Of a stretch of 64,000 nucleotides of DNA, positions 39,211 through 51,253 are shown one piece after another. The stretch lies in contig CATNEN010000014.1 of assembly GCA_950097015.1 (NCBI GenBank), positions 310,001-374,000 on the forward strand. The letters run 5' to 3'. Source of the DNA: Macrostomum hystrix (Eukaryota; Animalia; Platyhelminthes). Each line of letters opens with the position of its first letter. Position 1 is the first letter of the stretch. The translations under genes were made by a program, and so were the position numbers. The notes under the pieces were generated by a model. The model was given only the letters and a program-made list of their open reading frames with translations, was not told the DNA's origin and searched no databases.

Positions 39211-41105
39211 GTCTTTGTAATTCAATGTGTTGCAGTTTCATATAATATCTATTGATTCTTGATGTTAGTTTGAAAAAAAATTTCTTGCCTATAAGGCAAT
39301 GCCCCACTACTAGCCATGGCCACCATGTCATAGGCCTACCCTACTTCCCTGCCCTACAACTGTGACACCTCCACTGTGCTAGGCCTATACCATGCTATAA
39401 CTTAGTTGCCATACTCGCATGCTATATTCCACCAAACCATGCCACCCCATCACATGCCAGAGTCTTCTTACTTAGCTACTACCCTTGCATCAGAGTCTAG
39501 TATTGTATGCCCCACCAATCTGAAATTTCGAAAACACAAGACATGTTTGCAAAAGTGTCATTTTTCCTAGAAGGAGATTATGTAGTCTGTTTTGCTATTT
39601 TTTATGCTAAGAGCAAGATTAAATAGTAGGCCTAAATAGAGCACAAATTTTCATTCTAGACTTTCACTTAACAGAGGACAAAACTTCAGCATATGGTGTA
39701 AACTAGGCCCCCTTAATATTAAGAAAAAATCTAGGCCAAAAAGAACAAAAAGTCTCTATTAAAAACTTTCTAACAATGTCTATATATATGTAGTCAAGAT
39801 GCTTTTATCAATCTTGAAAGTCAAATTTGTACCTATTCTCTTTGTTTAAATGCACTAAATATTGCTTATATAACATTTTATAAATATTCTTTAGAATTCA
39901 TTCACTTTAACAAACTTTTTTGTGTATAACAATGATTGCAATTTCTGTCAGACAAATTAACTTGCCAGTGTGGCATACAAGCCAGTAATACAGTTGTGCT
40001 GAAATAGAAAGTGGCCTGGAAGAAGTGTTCCAACGTGTTAGTTCTTTTCTCTGTTCAAGATTGAGGTTGTGACCCTCCAGGTGAGCCCTGAGGACTGAAA
40101 GTGAGAAACCAGTGAAAGCCTTAGAAGGAGACCAATCATCCTATAAAGAGTTGCTACCATTAGAGTGTTAGACCCGCAAAAGATAAGTATTGTGTAGTAT
40201 TTAGAGTTAAAATGGCTCTTTTCAGGGCCACCAGCCTAAAGCATAGGGAAATTCATGCAGAACTAAGAGTGAAAGAAGTAGTAAGATCAGCCTGAGTAAT
40301 ACACTACCAAGAGAGAGAAATAAAGAGTGTTAAGCCTTGTTACATGTATATAAGTGTGTTTCTTTAGTTATGCACAAAATGCTTGGTTCAAATGATACCA
40401 TAGTCCTAGGTTATATGTATTTATGCAATTTGCCTGAATAAATAAACTTTCAGCTTCCTGTACAATAAGTGCAAGATTATTATTCTTTCCTTCTTATTTA
40501 ATCCGGCTCTAGCATATAACTTTGTCAACTTAACCTTCAATTTAAAAAATTGGCTAACACAACTCAATTTCAAATTTGATTTATTTCACTTCTAATACAA
40601 TTGTAGGCTATTGGCTAAAAACTTGGGGTCTGAGTTTTAGCCTCTATTGGCAGCTATATTTATACACTACTTAAGGGAAAACACAGAAAAGTTAACCAAA
40701 GACAAAAATAAAAAAATTGTTTAGCAGCAATTAAATTTAAGACTATACATTATTAGTGAAACTGTGCCAGCCTCATATATATATGTATATATATATGCTA
40801 ATGTTTGATTTATTGAAAATATTTTTTAGCTAATTAATTAGCTAATGTCAATACTACTAACTATATTTTGCCTACTCCTTTTATTTCATTTTCACCTATA
40901 AAATGTTATATTGAATATAAAAAATATGCCAAACATAAATAAAAATTTGTTAAATGAATTCCTTTGAGTAAAAATTCTCCCTTTTCCCATTGTACATGTT
41001 ATGAATATGAGCACTGAATGTCTGGACTTGTGAATCAGACAGTGTACCAATTTTATATCATTTACCTTCACTAAAAAGTCGGAGTGTTCTCTAGATTAAT
41101 TTGGT

Positions 41106-41668
41106 ATGCATCCCTCTCCTCTATCCCTTCTCTTCTCTATGCATCCCTCTCCTCTATCCCTCCTCTTCTCTATGCATCCCTCTCTATCCCTCCTCTTCTC
41201 TATGCATCCCTCTCCTCTATCCCTTCTCTTCTCTATGCATCCCTCTCTATCCCTCCTCTTCTCTATGCATCCCTCTCCTCTATCCCTCCTCTTCTCTATG
41301 CATCCCTCTCCTCTATCCCTCCTCTTCTCTATGCATCCCTCTCCTCTCCTCTTCTCTATGCATCCCTCTCTATCCCTCCTCTTCTCTATGCATCCCTCTC
41401 CTCTCCTCTCCTCTTCTCTATGCATCCCTCTCTCCTCTCCTCTTCTCTATGCATCCCTCTCCTCTCCTCTCCTCTTCTCTATGCATCCCTCTCCTCTCCT
41501 CTCCTCTTCTCTATGCATCCCTCTCCTCTCCTCTCCTCTTCTCTATGCATCCCTCTCCTCTCCTCTCCTCTTCTCTATGCATCCCTCTCCTCTCCTCTCC
41601 TCTTCTCTATGCATCCCTCTCCTCTCCTCTCCTCTTCTCTATGCATCCCTCTCCTCTCCTCTCCTCTA
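41106..41668. repeat. Pyrimidine-rich minisatellite, 25-32-bp unit
   Basis: CTATGCATCC(CTCTC)nTCTT repeated about 19 times; purine/pyrimidine strand asymmetry; source of spurious ORFs. Confidence 0.95.
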
Positions 41669-42381
41669 GACTATATGGGCCCTATGCCAAAGCCTTTTTG
41701 GAATGAACAGGTTACACTAATATGTAAAAATAGCAATAAAGCAAGTAAAGATAAAATACTGAAAATTGATATACAAATTGATATCAATTAATATAATATG
41801 TAATATTATCAATTGTCTAAGGATTATTACGAGTACATCTTAAACACCACCTAATTTTCAAACCCAGCAAATTATAGTACATAATTCTTAAATGGGTGAC
41901 ATCAAGCAATGAGGAATTGAGTGTCCTCAAGAGCACAAATTTGGGTTTTGTTGGTTGGTCCCTTGGTTTGAGATTTGAAGTCCTGACCAGTTAGTCAGAA
42001 GTCAAAATCTGATAATTATGCTACAGCCTGCCTGAATTGTTATATCTATATTTAGATATTTAAATCTATCAACAATTACCTAAATTCACATTTAAAATCA
42101 TATTAAATTGTTACAGGACTGGTCATATAAGCTCTTTGGTTGTCTGCTGCATGTTTGAGTTATTAATAAGCCAGTGTTGAAATCAGTAAAATATATGCAC
42201 AATGGGCTTTATGAGTCTTGACAAAAACATGCTGCCATCTTTATAATTATCAGTATTCAGAAGTTAACAGTTTTCGTGTTCTAGTGATTATATATATTAT
42301 TGTTTACTTGTTGATGTGCATTATTGGTTTTACCTGATAATCCTATTAGACAGTTTGCTTTGTCCCACAGCAGTTGCAGGC

Positions 42382-43215
42382 ATGGATGGCATTGTCACCA
42401 TAGAGCCTCCAGATAGTGAAGCATACCAACCAACACCGCTGTCCATCAAGGATGTGGTGTCCTGGCGCCAGCTTCAGCTCAGCCGTGCCAAGCTGAAAGC
42501 GGCCAGCCGCACCTCTGCATTGATGTCCGGCTTTGCTATTGTGGCTATGGTGGAGCTGGAGGTTAGCGGCCGGGCCGTGCCAAATGGGCTGCTTGTGGCC
42601 TTCGCCTGCTCAGCCGCGCTGCTCATCGCTGTGCACATGCTGGCACTGATGTTGAGCACTTGTATCCTGCCCAACCTGGCGACTGTCACACCAATGGATG
42701 CCAGGTAAATCACTGGCTCTGTTACTGTCGATGCTGTCAGTAGCTTCAGGGTTGATTATGTATAGTTATTGCTATCTGAGGGCTTTTTATGTTGTGACAG
42801 GTATTTTTGTCAGTTTAACTCCCACTGTAGCTGCTTCCAATTACTGGCCTAATTCTTATTGAAATCTCTGCATTGTACTAGGTCGCTTCACGAGTCGCCA
42901 CACGAAAAGATGCGCATCTTCATCGAGATCTCGTGGATTTTCAGCACCGGCCTAGGTATACTACTGTTCCTAGTAGTAGTGGTGCTGCTCGTCTGGGTCA
43001 AATTCCTGGCCGTGTCTCGCGGTGCAGCCATCGGCGCCACGGTGATCACATGCCCGGTTTTGGTGCTGTTCGTTGCCTTCGCCCTTGTGTTCTACCGCAA
43101 ACTTACGATGCACAAATTTCACCAAGCCAGCCAGCAGGTGCAGCGGCTGCAGCGTGACCTCCAGGCCTTCACTGGGGATTCAGATAGCTTATGTGAAGGC
43201 GTGAAGGTTGTGTAA
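42382..43215 (+). CDS. ORAI: Orai-family CRAC channel subunit (divergent)
   Basis: Exons 42382-42704 and 42882-43215 (phase 2). [53 protein letters not shown]. An additional upstream exon cannot be excluded. Confidence 0.92.
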
Positions 43216-43754
43216 AATCTTTTTTTACCTCAGTTAGAAAAAGCAGCATGCAGATACAGATACTTTTAGCAAATATTGGTGCGCATCTGCCCATATTCTT
43301 GTTAGTCATTCTGGTCTCATTGATGTTTCCTTATGACAGATTATAGATTATCAGTGCTGAAATCTCGTGAGCTTTGTGTACATTTATTTCAGTACTCGTT
43401 TAGCTGATTAATAACTATGTCTTCAATTTGTTTCTTCAGTACTGAACTTTTCACTAGTGCCACGTATTTCTCTTTTATCGCTACTCTTGTACTCGCCTGA
43501 TAAGAAGTACAGCAGAGGATTATTTTAACACAGCTGCGCGTTATTATACTGTTTCGTTTAACTTTTCATAATGCATCTCACAGCTTCCAACTTACGCACT
43601 GATGGCAATTTGAGCTGTTGGCCTTGTTTAGCGGACAGAAAAAACTATAAATGACAAATATGCAAGTATACAGCACAGCCGCAGCCATTACACAGCGCAT
43701 CTTATTAAGGCTGCGTAAAGCTATTTACTCCATTGACTGAGAGCGCCACACCCA

Positions 43755-44750
43755 CCCTCAATTAGCCTGCTGCACAAGGGGTATCAGGCCATGACCCTCA
43801 ATTAGCCTGCTGCACAAGGGGTATCAGGCCATGACCCTCAATTAGCCTGCTGCACAAGGGGTATCAGGCCATGACCCTCAATTAGCCTGCTGCACAAGGG
43901 GGTATCAGGCCATGACCCTCAATTAGCCTGCTGCACAAGGGGTATCAGGCCATGACCCTCAATTAGCCTGCTGCACAAGGGGTATCAGGCCATGACCCTC
44001 AATTAGCCTGCTGCACAAGGGGTATCAGGCCATGACCCTCAATTAGCCTGCTGCACAAGGGGGTATCAGGCCATGACGCTCAATTAGCCTGCTGCACAAG
44101 GGGTATCAGGCCATGACCCTCAATTAGCCTGCTGCACAAGGGGTATCAGGCCATGACGCTCAATTAGCCTGCTGCACAAGGGGGTATCAGGCCATGACGC
44201 TCAATTAGCCTGCTGCACAAGGGGTATCAGGCCATGACCCTCAATTACCCTGCTGCACAAGGGTTATCAGGCCATGACCCTCAATTAGCCTGCTGCACAA
44301 GGGGTATCAGGCCATGACCCTCAATTAGCCTGCTGCACAAGGGGTATCAGGCCATGACCCTCAATTAGCCTGCTGCACAAGGGGTATCAGGCCATGACCC
44401 TCAATTAGCCTGCTGCACAAGGGGTATCAGGCCATGACCCTCAATTAGCCTGCTGCACAAGGGGTATCAGGCCATGACCCTCAATTACCCTGCTGCACAA
44501 GGGGTATCAGGCCATGACGCTCAATTACCCTACTGCACAGGGGGTATCAGGCCATGACGCTCAATTACCCTGCTGCACAAGGGGTATCAGGCCATAAAGA
44601 CTCTTAATTGCCCCAGCTGCACAAGGGGTATCAGGCCATGACCCTCAATTACCCTGCTGCACAAGGGGTATCAGGCCATAAAGACCCTCAATTACCACAG
44701 CTGCACAAGGGGTATCAGGCCATAAAGACCCTTAATTGCCCTAGCTGCAC
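43755..44750. repeat. Minisatellite, 40-bp unit, about 24 copies, upstream of SUZ12
   Basis: CCTCAATTAGCCTGCTGCACAAGGGGTATCAGGCCATGAC, degenerating toward the 3' end. Confidence 0.96.
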
Positions 44751-44860
44751 AAAGGGTATTATGCCATTAAGACCCATCACCAGAAGAGGCAGTATGCCAA
44801 AGATACGGCACCAGAGGGGCAAGTAAGCCATTTTCTTCCCATGTGGCCCGCAGCGCAGCC

Positions 44861-47175
44861 ATGGTGAAAGCCGGTCAGCAGCAGCGCCAGTCAGCTGGGT
44901 CTTCTGATCCGGTGGTCCTGCCGAGGCCGCCCTCGAGCACTTCACTGAGCAGTCTGGCTTCGTCAGCTGGAGCCGGCGGTGGCAACGGCAAGGTCGCATC
45001 AAACGCGCCGCCATCAGTCAAAACTGAGCAAGCCGTGGCCAAGTCGGAGCCGCCAACCGAAGAGGCGCTGGCGCACGCAGCATTTATTGAGGCTCTGTCC
45101 CCACCTACGCACCTGTACCGCTACCTAGCTATCCGTCACCGGTCCTCGCCTATCTTCCTGGCCCGCAATCTGGCCTACTTAGGCCGACAGTCCGGCCGAG
45201 CTGGAGGCCGCAGCCTGGCTGAGTCGACCGCAGCTCTGGCCGGCCGGCCTGTGGCGGCCCCGCCGGATTCGCCGGCAGAGGCGCCGGCCTGGGATCTTCC
45301 GCGTAATGCTTCGCTGGAGCTGCGCTTCTCCGGCTTCTTCGACTCAAACCGGGAGAAAGAGTGGGTCACAGTGTCCGCCAGTCTGGACCTGTCCGTTGTG
45401 CACCGCTGCTTCAACCGGCGCAAGTCAACCCGTTCCAGCGGACAGCGCCATCTAGCGCGGCTGTCCTTGGAGTGCAATCCGCATCCGCGTTCCCAGAGAC
45501 TCGCGCCCCGCGAGCAGCAGCGCAACGGCCACGGCGAAGCTGAGACGGAGGCCGACTTCACCGTATTGAACAAAGACCTGCGGGACCCGCAGGCCAACAG
45601 GATTGTACAGTCACATCTGCTGCTGCGGATCAGCGCTAAGGAGAAGCGCAACTACTCGAAGATGTACGACTCGCCACCCGGTGCCAGGAAGTCGCACAAG
45701 AAGGACGTAGCCGAGTATCCCGTGCAGTACTGCGCTGTGCTGCCGCTGTTCATTCACAGCCGCACCGAGGCCTGCACGGACAGCGGCACCGGTCTGGCTT
45801 CGCCTTTGCAGCTGTGCACGGGCGAGTACGAGTGCCGTCTGGAGTGCCTGGGCGCCGAGGAGCCCGCCGATCTGGTAAACGCGTCTGCTCGCGTGCTGCA
45901 GCAGTGGCACGCCGCCAGGTTTCGGCAGGCCTCCACAGAGGCTGGCGAGTACGAGCGCTGGCCAGTGGTTCGATTCTCTGCCCGCTGGACTGGAGTCACT
46001 GGCGAAGCGGCTGGCGTAGAGCCGCCGCTGCCCGAGCCTCAGCCGCAGCAACAGCAGGAGCAGCAGCTGCAACAGAAATCACGCAAGCGACAGTCGAGCG
46101 ATTCGGCTAGCGGGAAACAGGCGGCGGGATTCAAGATGGCCCCCGAAACGATTGGCTGCGGCGAGTGGCGTGTCGTTTACAGCTTCTTTCACGCTGGCCG
46201 CTGCCGCCAGTACACTGAGGTAGGCTGACTGCTTGTTTACTGCATCAAACTTTGCTGGAAATCTTAAGTTTTTGAACCCAAGTATTTGTACTTTAGACAT
46301 CTATTGGTGATAAGCATGCTTCAATCTCAGTTGATTTATTCCGTAAAGCCTGTACTCTGGGCCTCAAGTATTATAGAAGTAGTCTGCAACCTATCATTCT
46401 CACTGCCATTCACTTCCAGGTCGACAGCCTCCGCTGCCCCTGGTGCGACCTAGACTGCCGCCGTGCCGCCGCCCTTTTGTGCCACCTGCGCGCTTGCCAT
46501 TCTCGTCTTTCTTTCGCCAGTGTCGGCGAGAACTCCACGGCGAAGCGGCGACGCCTCAATCTCGAGGTACGACTTAACACCGACTACAATGGCGGCTACG
46601 AGGGCGACCCGGCCTGTTTGTTCCGACCCACCAGGTTCGAACCCGCACCCTTTCCCGCCCGCCGACTGCCCTTCACGCACCTGATCCACTGGCGCGGCTC
46701 AACGTGCTCCGCTCAGCAGACGCTCGTGGCCAATCCGCGGCCTCTGATCGCTGGTCACACCCGGCAATACTTCCACTCGCAAACCTGCGTGCCTCTACTG
46801 CCCCAGGAGATTGACATCGACTCTGAGGACGAGGTCGCGCCGGACTGGCAGCGCCAGCTCTACGCTCGAAACCTGGAGGACTTCACCGACGTCAACGACG
46901 GCGAGAAGGCAGTAATGATGGCGTGGAACCTGCACCTCATGACCTGGGAGGGCGGCCTAGTCACCGGCCAGCACCAGCTGCCACAGCTTTGCAACGCATT
47001 CATTGACCGCTGCGGCTCAGACCTGGTGCGGCGTGGCCTGCGTGGCAATCTGCTGCTCCACCTGGGCAGCCTCTGCAACTACGGCCTGCTGCGGCCTGAC
47101 CTGGCATTCGAGCTGCTGTTGCGCGTCAACCGGTTCACAGACTGCAACCATCAGCAGGCGACAGCAAATGCTTGA
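44861..47175 (+). CDS. SUZ12: Polycomb protein SUZ12
   Basis: Exons 44861-46219 and 46420-47175 (phase 0). PTHLYRYL..PIFLARNLAYL, C2H2 finger CPWCDLDC..HLRACH, VEFS box GHTRQYFHSQTC..DSEDE..EDFTDVNDGEKAVMMAWNLH. Confidence 0.93.
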
Positions 47176-47319
47176 CCGGAGCCATGGGTGCTCACATTTT
47201 ATTGCACATTTTCCCCTTATCCGTAACAGATACCAACGGACGTAGCTGAGTAGAGTGTTTCCGTGCCCCTGCGATGACATGCCCAGAAAGCATAATAAAA
47301 ACATACAAAGGCACACAAC

Positions 47320-47575
47320 GCATGCCACATACATGCTTATGCAGAAAAAAGGAATGCCACATACATGCTTATGCAGAAAAAAGGCATGCCACATACATGC
47401 TTATGCAGAAAAAAGGAATGCCACATACATGCTTATGCAGAAAAAAGGAATGCCACATACATGCTTATGCAGAAAAAAGGAATGCCACATACATGCTTAT
47501 GCAGAAAAAAGGAATGCCACATACATGCTTATGCAGAAAGAAAGAATGCCACAGACATGCTTATGTATTCTGGAA
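47320..47575. repeat. Tandem repeat, 32-bp unit, about 7 copies
   Basis: ATGCCACATACATGCTTATGCAGAAAAAAGGA repeated downstream of SUZ12. Confidence 0.92.
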
Positions 47576-48324
47576 ACATGTCATAGACATGCTTTTGCAG
47601 TGCAGTCTAGAAGCACACGGACATGCTAATGCAGACAGAAAGAATAACAAAGGAAGACTCAGTAAATTTTGCACATGCCACTAGACCGATAGTGTGTACC
47701 TAAGATGCCAATGCCGACAGAAGGTATGTAATGAAGTTAATGCAACCTATATCTAATGTCAATTCCCCATTGTCAATTGCTTCTGCGAGTATTTCTCTCA
47801 AGTCTCCATGTCCGTCTTAATTTCCTGGTCTGCTTTTAATCACAATTTTCTTTGCACCCCTGCCTTTGTCTATTGCTGCATTTTTTCGCACTCAATTATT
47901 GCGCAGTGGCCCGAGGCCCAGTTCCGTTATATTGTTTACATGCGCTCTCAACTCTTGTCCTTAATAACTGCTACATTTTCTTGTGTAAGTTTCAAATAAT
48001 TTGCCTCTTAGCAATATGATTTGCTGGTCTTATCTAAGGCGCTGATGTTTTTTGTGTACTGGTAAATGGTTCGGTTCATAGTAATTGCTGCATCACTTTA
48101 TTGCTCGCTAAATAAATACCTTTATTCACTGAGTCCTTCTGTTGCACTGTTTAATTTGCCATGGGCAATTCACTAGTTATTTTACTTCACTTATTTTTTC
48201 AATTTTCTTAATCTGAAAGGTCTTTACATGGACTACAGACAGGAGTTGGCTTATCAATGTGAGCATTCACTAATCTCAAATCAAGTTAATCAATGCTTTT
48301 TGCTCCTTGTCTATCGCAGCTTCC

Positions 48325-49185
48325 ATGACTCGGTTTCTATGGAAGGCCCTGTCAACGTGCAGCATCCGCTGCCTTCTTCGCTGCCCACCTAACCGCCTGC
48401 TGTCAATACAGCAGCAGCAGGACCATGATCTCTACCAGCAGCTGCAAAAGCAACAGCAGCAGCAGCAGCAGGATCAGGAAGAGGAGCAAAACAGAAAGCG
48501 CAAGCAAAAGTTGATGCTGCTGTCATGCGCACTGACTTCTACGATGTTCGTCGGCTTCTATTTGTGGAAGGAGTCGCGCCTGCGTGACTTGGAGGCTCAG
48601 ACCGAGCAGGGTCGAGTGGGTCATGATGCCTCTTTCGGATCTTCGTCCGCCTCTGGTGGCGCATCGCGAAGCTCGTTAGCAGTTGGCGGTGACTTCCGCC
48701 TGATGGATCACACTGGACGCTACGTGACTCGGGCTGACCTATCTCGCAACAGCGGCTGGCTGCTGGTGTACTTTGGCTTCTGCCATTGCCCAGACATCTG
48801 CCCTGAGCAGATGGAGAAGATGGTGGAGGTTGTCGACCGGCTTCAGCTGTCTAAGGAACCGCTGAGCATAACGCCGGTGTTCATTAGCATCGACCCTGAG
48901 CGAGACTCGCCGGCCCTGGTTAAGGAGTACATCGCAGACTTCAGTAACAAGTTCGTGGGCCTCACAGGCACGAAGCCAGAGGTTGATGAGGTTGCTAAAA
49001 AGTACCGAGTATACTACAGCAAAGGACCTGTGGACCAAGACGGAGACTACATTGTTGACCACGCGATCATTATGTACCTCGTGAGTCCCGAAGGCGCAGT
49101 TGTCGATTACTACGGTCAGACCAAGACTTCCCGCGAGATCGCTGGCTGCATTTCCAAGGTTATCAAAACACACCGGCCCGCGTGA
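48325..49185 (+). CDS. SCO1: SCO1/SCO2 mitochondrial copper chaperone
   Basis: Single exon. Presequence-like N-terminus with poly-Gln, one TM segment, GGDFRLMDHTG, YFGFCHCPDICP (CxxxC), ISIDPERD, YIVDH. Confidence 0.92.
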   Translation: MTRFLWKALSTCSIRCLLRCPPNRLLSIQQQQDHDLYQQLQKQQQQQQQDQEEEQNRKRKQKLMLLSCALTSTMFVGFYLWKESRLRDLEAQTEQGRVGHDASFGSSSASGGASRSSLAVGGDFRLMDHTGRYVTRADLSRNSGWLLVYFGFCHCPDICPEQMEKMVEVVDRLQLSKEPLSITPVFISIDPERDSPALVKEYIADFSNKFVGLTGTKPEVDEVAKKYRVYYSKGPVDQDGDYIVDHAIIMYLVSPEGAVVDYYGQTKTSREIAGCISKVIKTHRPA

Positions 49186-51253
49186 CGCAGAAGTACGCGG
49201 TCCGCAATATTTCTGCTTGCTTCAGCCTTCACAATGCTCACAGTCAGTTTCGTTTGAGCTTCTGTACCATCTATATGCTTATTTCTTCATCTCCTGCTTT
49301 CTTTGCTCTAAGCTTTCTATATCCGTTCTCTACCATTATGTTTTCTTTATATTTTCACTAACTTTCCTGCATTCGTTAATCTGACTGGAGCAAGTTAAAT
49401 TAATTACAACTGCTATCCTTTTGCTGGAAGCAAGAATTATACTGACGTGATTAATACTTTAATTCTGTTGCTTTAGTGAATGTGTTTAAGCTCTGCGCTG
49501 GACTGGACTGCTCTACATCTATAATAAGGCCTGCTGCTCACCAAGTTCTAGTTTATTTTCCTGTTTAAAATCCAAGATCCTTTTTTCAGTGGAATCGGCG
49601 TCCGGCCCTAATCCGTTCTTTAGTGAAAGAGTGGGATTTAGTTTTAATAAAAATAAATCTCTACTCAGTCGCCAATTCTGTTGCACAGCTGTTGTTTTTT
49701 AAAGCTTTTAACTTTTTTAATTACACGGGTACAAATGGGATTAAAGTTATTAAAGCGCCCAATTTCTTGTTACTCTTAACAACAGTTATTATCATCAGGT
49801 ACAGAATAAGAATGTACAGAAAAATAGTAGGCCTGCTCTTAAAATAGCTATTTTCAAACGAATATAGTTTCTTTTTTCTCTTAACTTATTCTTAAACAAA
49901 ACTTAATCCAGTGACTAAAATTTTTAGTAAGAATTAACCAATCATAGTCGCACAGTCCATTAAAATCCGAAAAAGTGAAATCTTACCATCAACGTAATTT
50001 CCCGTCCTTCTTCTCCTAGTGGTCCTTGTGTACATGTACAACGCAGATAGTTGTGTTAAGATACGAGTATAAAGAAACAAAGTAAAGTATTCTCCATTAG
50101 AGAATAGTATTTATAAGTAACACAACTAGATATACGTACAAAACAAATGACATCGAGTTCAATTTAGAAGAGCGCATTCGGGCCATTGCTTACTTTCCGA
50201 GACTATAAAATAACGGATGCAAATTTAAAACAAACTTAAATTCTAAATATTTTTTATGCGATTCGAGTTTATCTATTTGATAAAATACTTTTACAAATTC
50301 TTTTCTAACGTATATTTAACGCTCTTATCTTAACAAAATAATAAGATCCTCGTGAGGCAGTTAATTTTTTAATTTCCGAAATTACGAGTTTTTATGATAA
50401 GTAGACGTTTATGAAGTTGAGTTTGACTGTGCTAATTGGGCATTTAGTTTAGTTAAAAATGGTTACCACGATCAATAACTTCGTCTTTATCCCAAATTTA
50501 CTTTTTATCGAATTTTGATAAAAGTTCTATTCTATCTGTCATATAGTTATCGTGAAGAATATATTTAACGACCGTTCGTTAAATATATTTTAGATATGCC
50601 AGATGCACTCAAGCATATCTAAAAAACAGAATGCCTCGTCAGTTTCTACCTTAATTCGTTTCTCCTGCACACTAGCGACTCGCCTACTAAGATATGTACT
50701 GGCAATTTTTTGTTTATTATTAATATTTTTGGTGGTAGATTAGCTAAAAAAAATCATTAAGTCATAAAAAAGCTTTTGCCAAAATAATCTTTAAATATTG
50801 AAAGAGCCGGTACTTCTCATAAAAATACCTCATAGCCATATCAACTCACAGTCACGATGTTATCGATTAGAAATAAAAAGATAGTAATATGATCGTAATA
50901 TCCTCCTAAATTTCCTTCATAGGCATTACGAATGCATATATTTATATTTATATAATAAATATCGATAATTTCCTATATAATAGAAAAAGGAAAATATAAG
51001 TATAGATGTTTCAATATTTTGCTTTTGATTAGGACTTTATAATTATAATTAAAATATGTTCAATTAAATAAAAGTTCCATAATACAAAACGAAGATTCGA
51101 CTAAATCGTTCCTTTACTCATACAACTTCAGTTAGTCGCAATGAGTTGTATGACAGCAAGATAGAAGTGTCATAGAACTCTATTTTCAGCATGCCAGCTC
51201 ACTCAGCTTGGGGGCTGCAGGTATAAAAGCGGCTCTAACCCCAGATTTTCTAA

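Noticed and set aside
41084-41791. ORFs of 109-235 aa over the CT-rich array
   Set aside because: Repeat translation artifacts.
51222-51228. TATAAAA before kinase A
   Set aside because: It would put the TSS almost on the ATG; a single motif is not enough to call a promoter.
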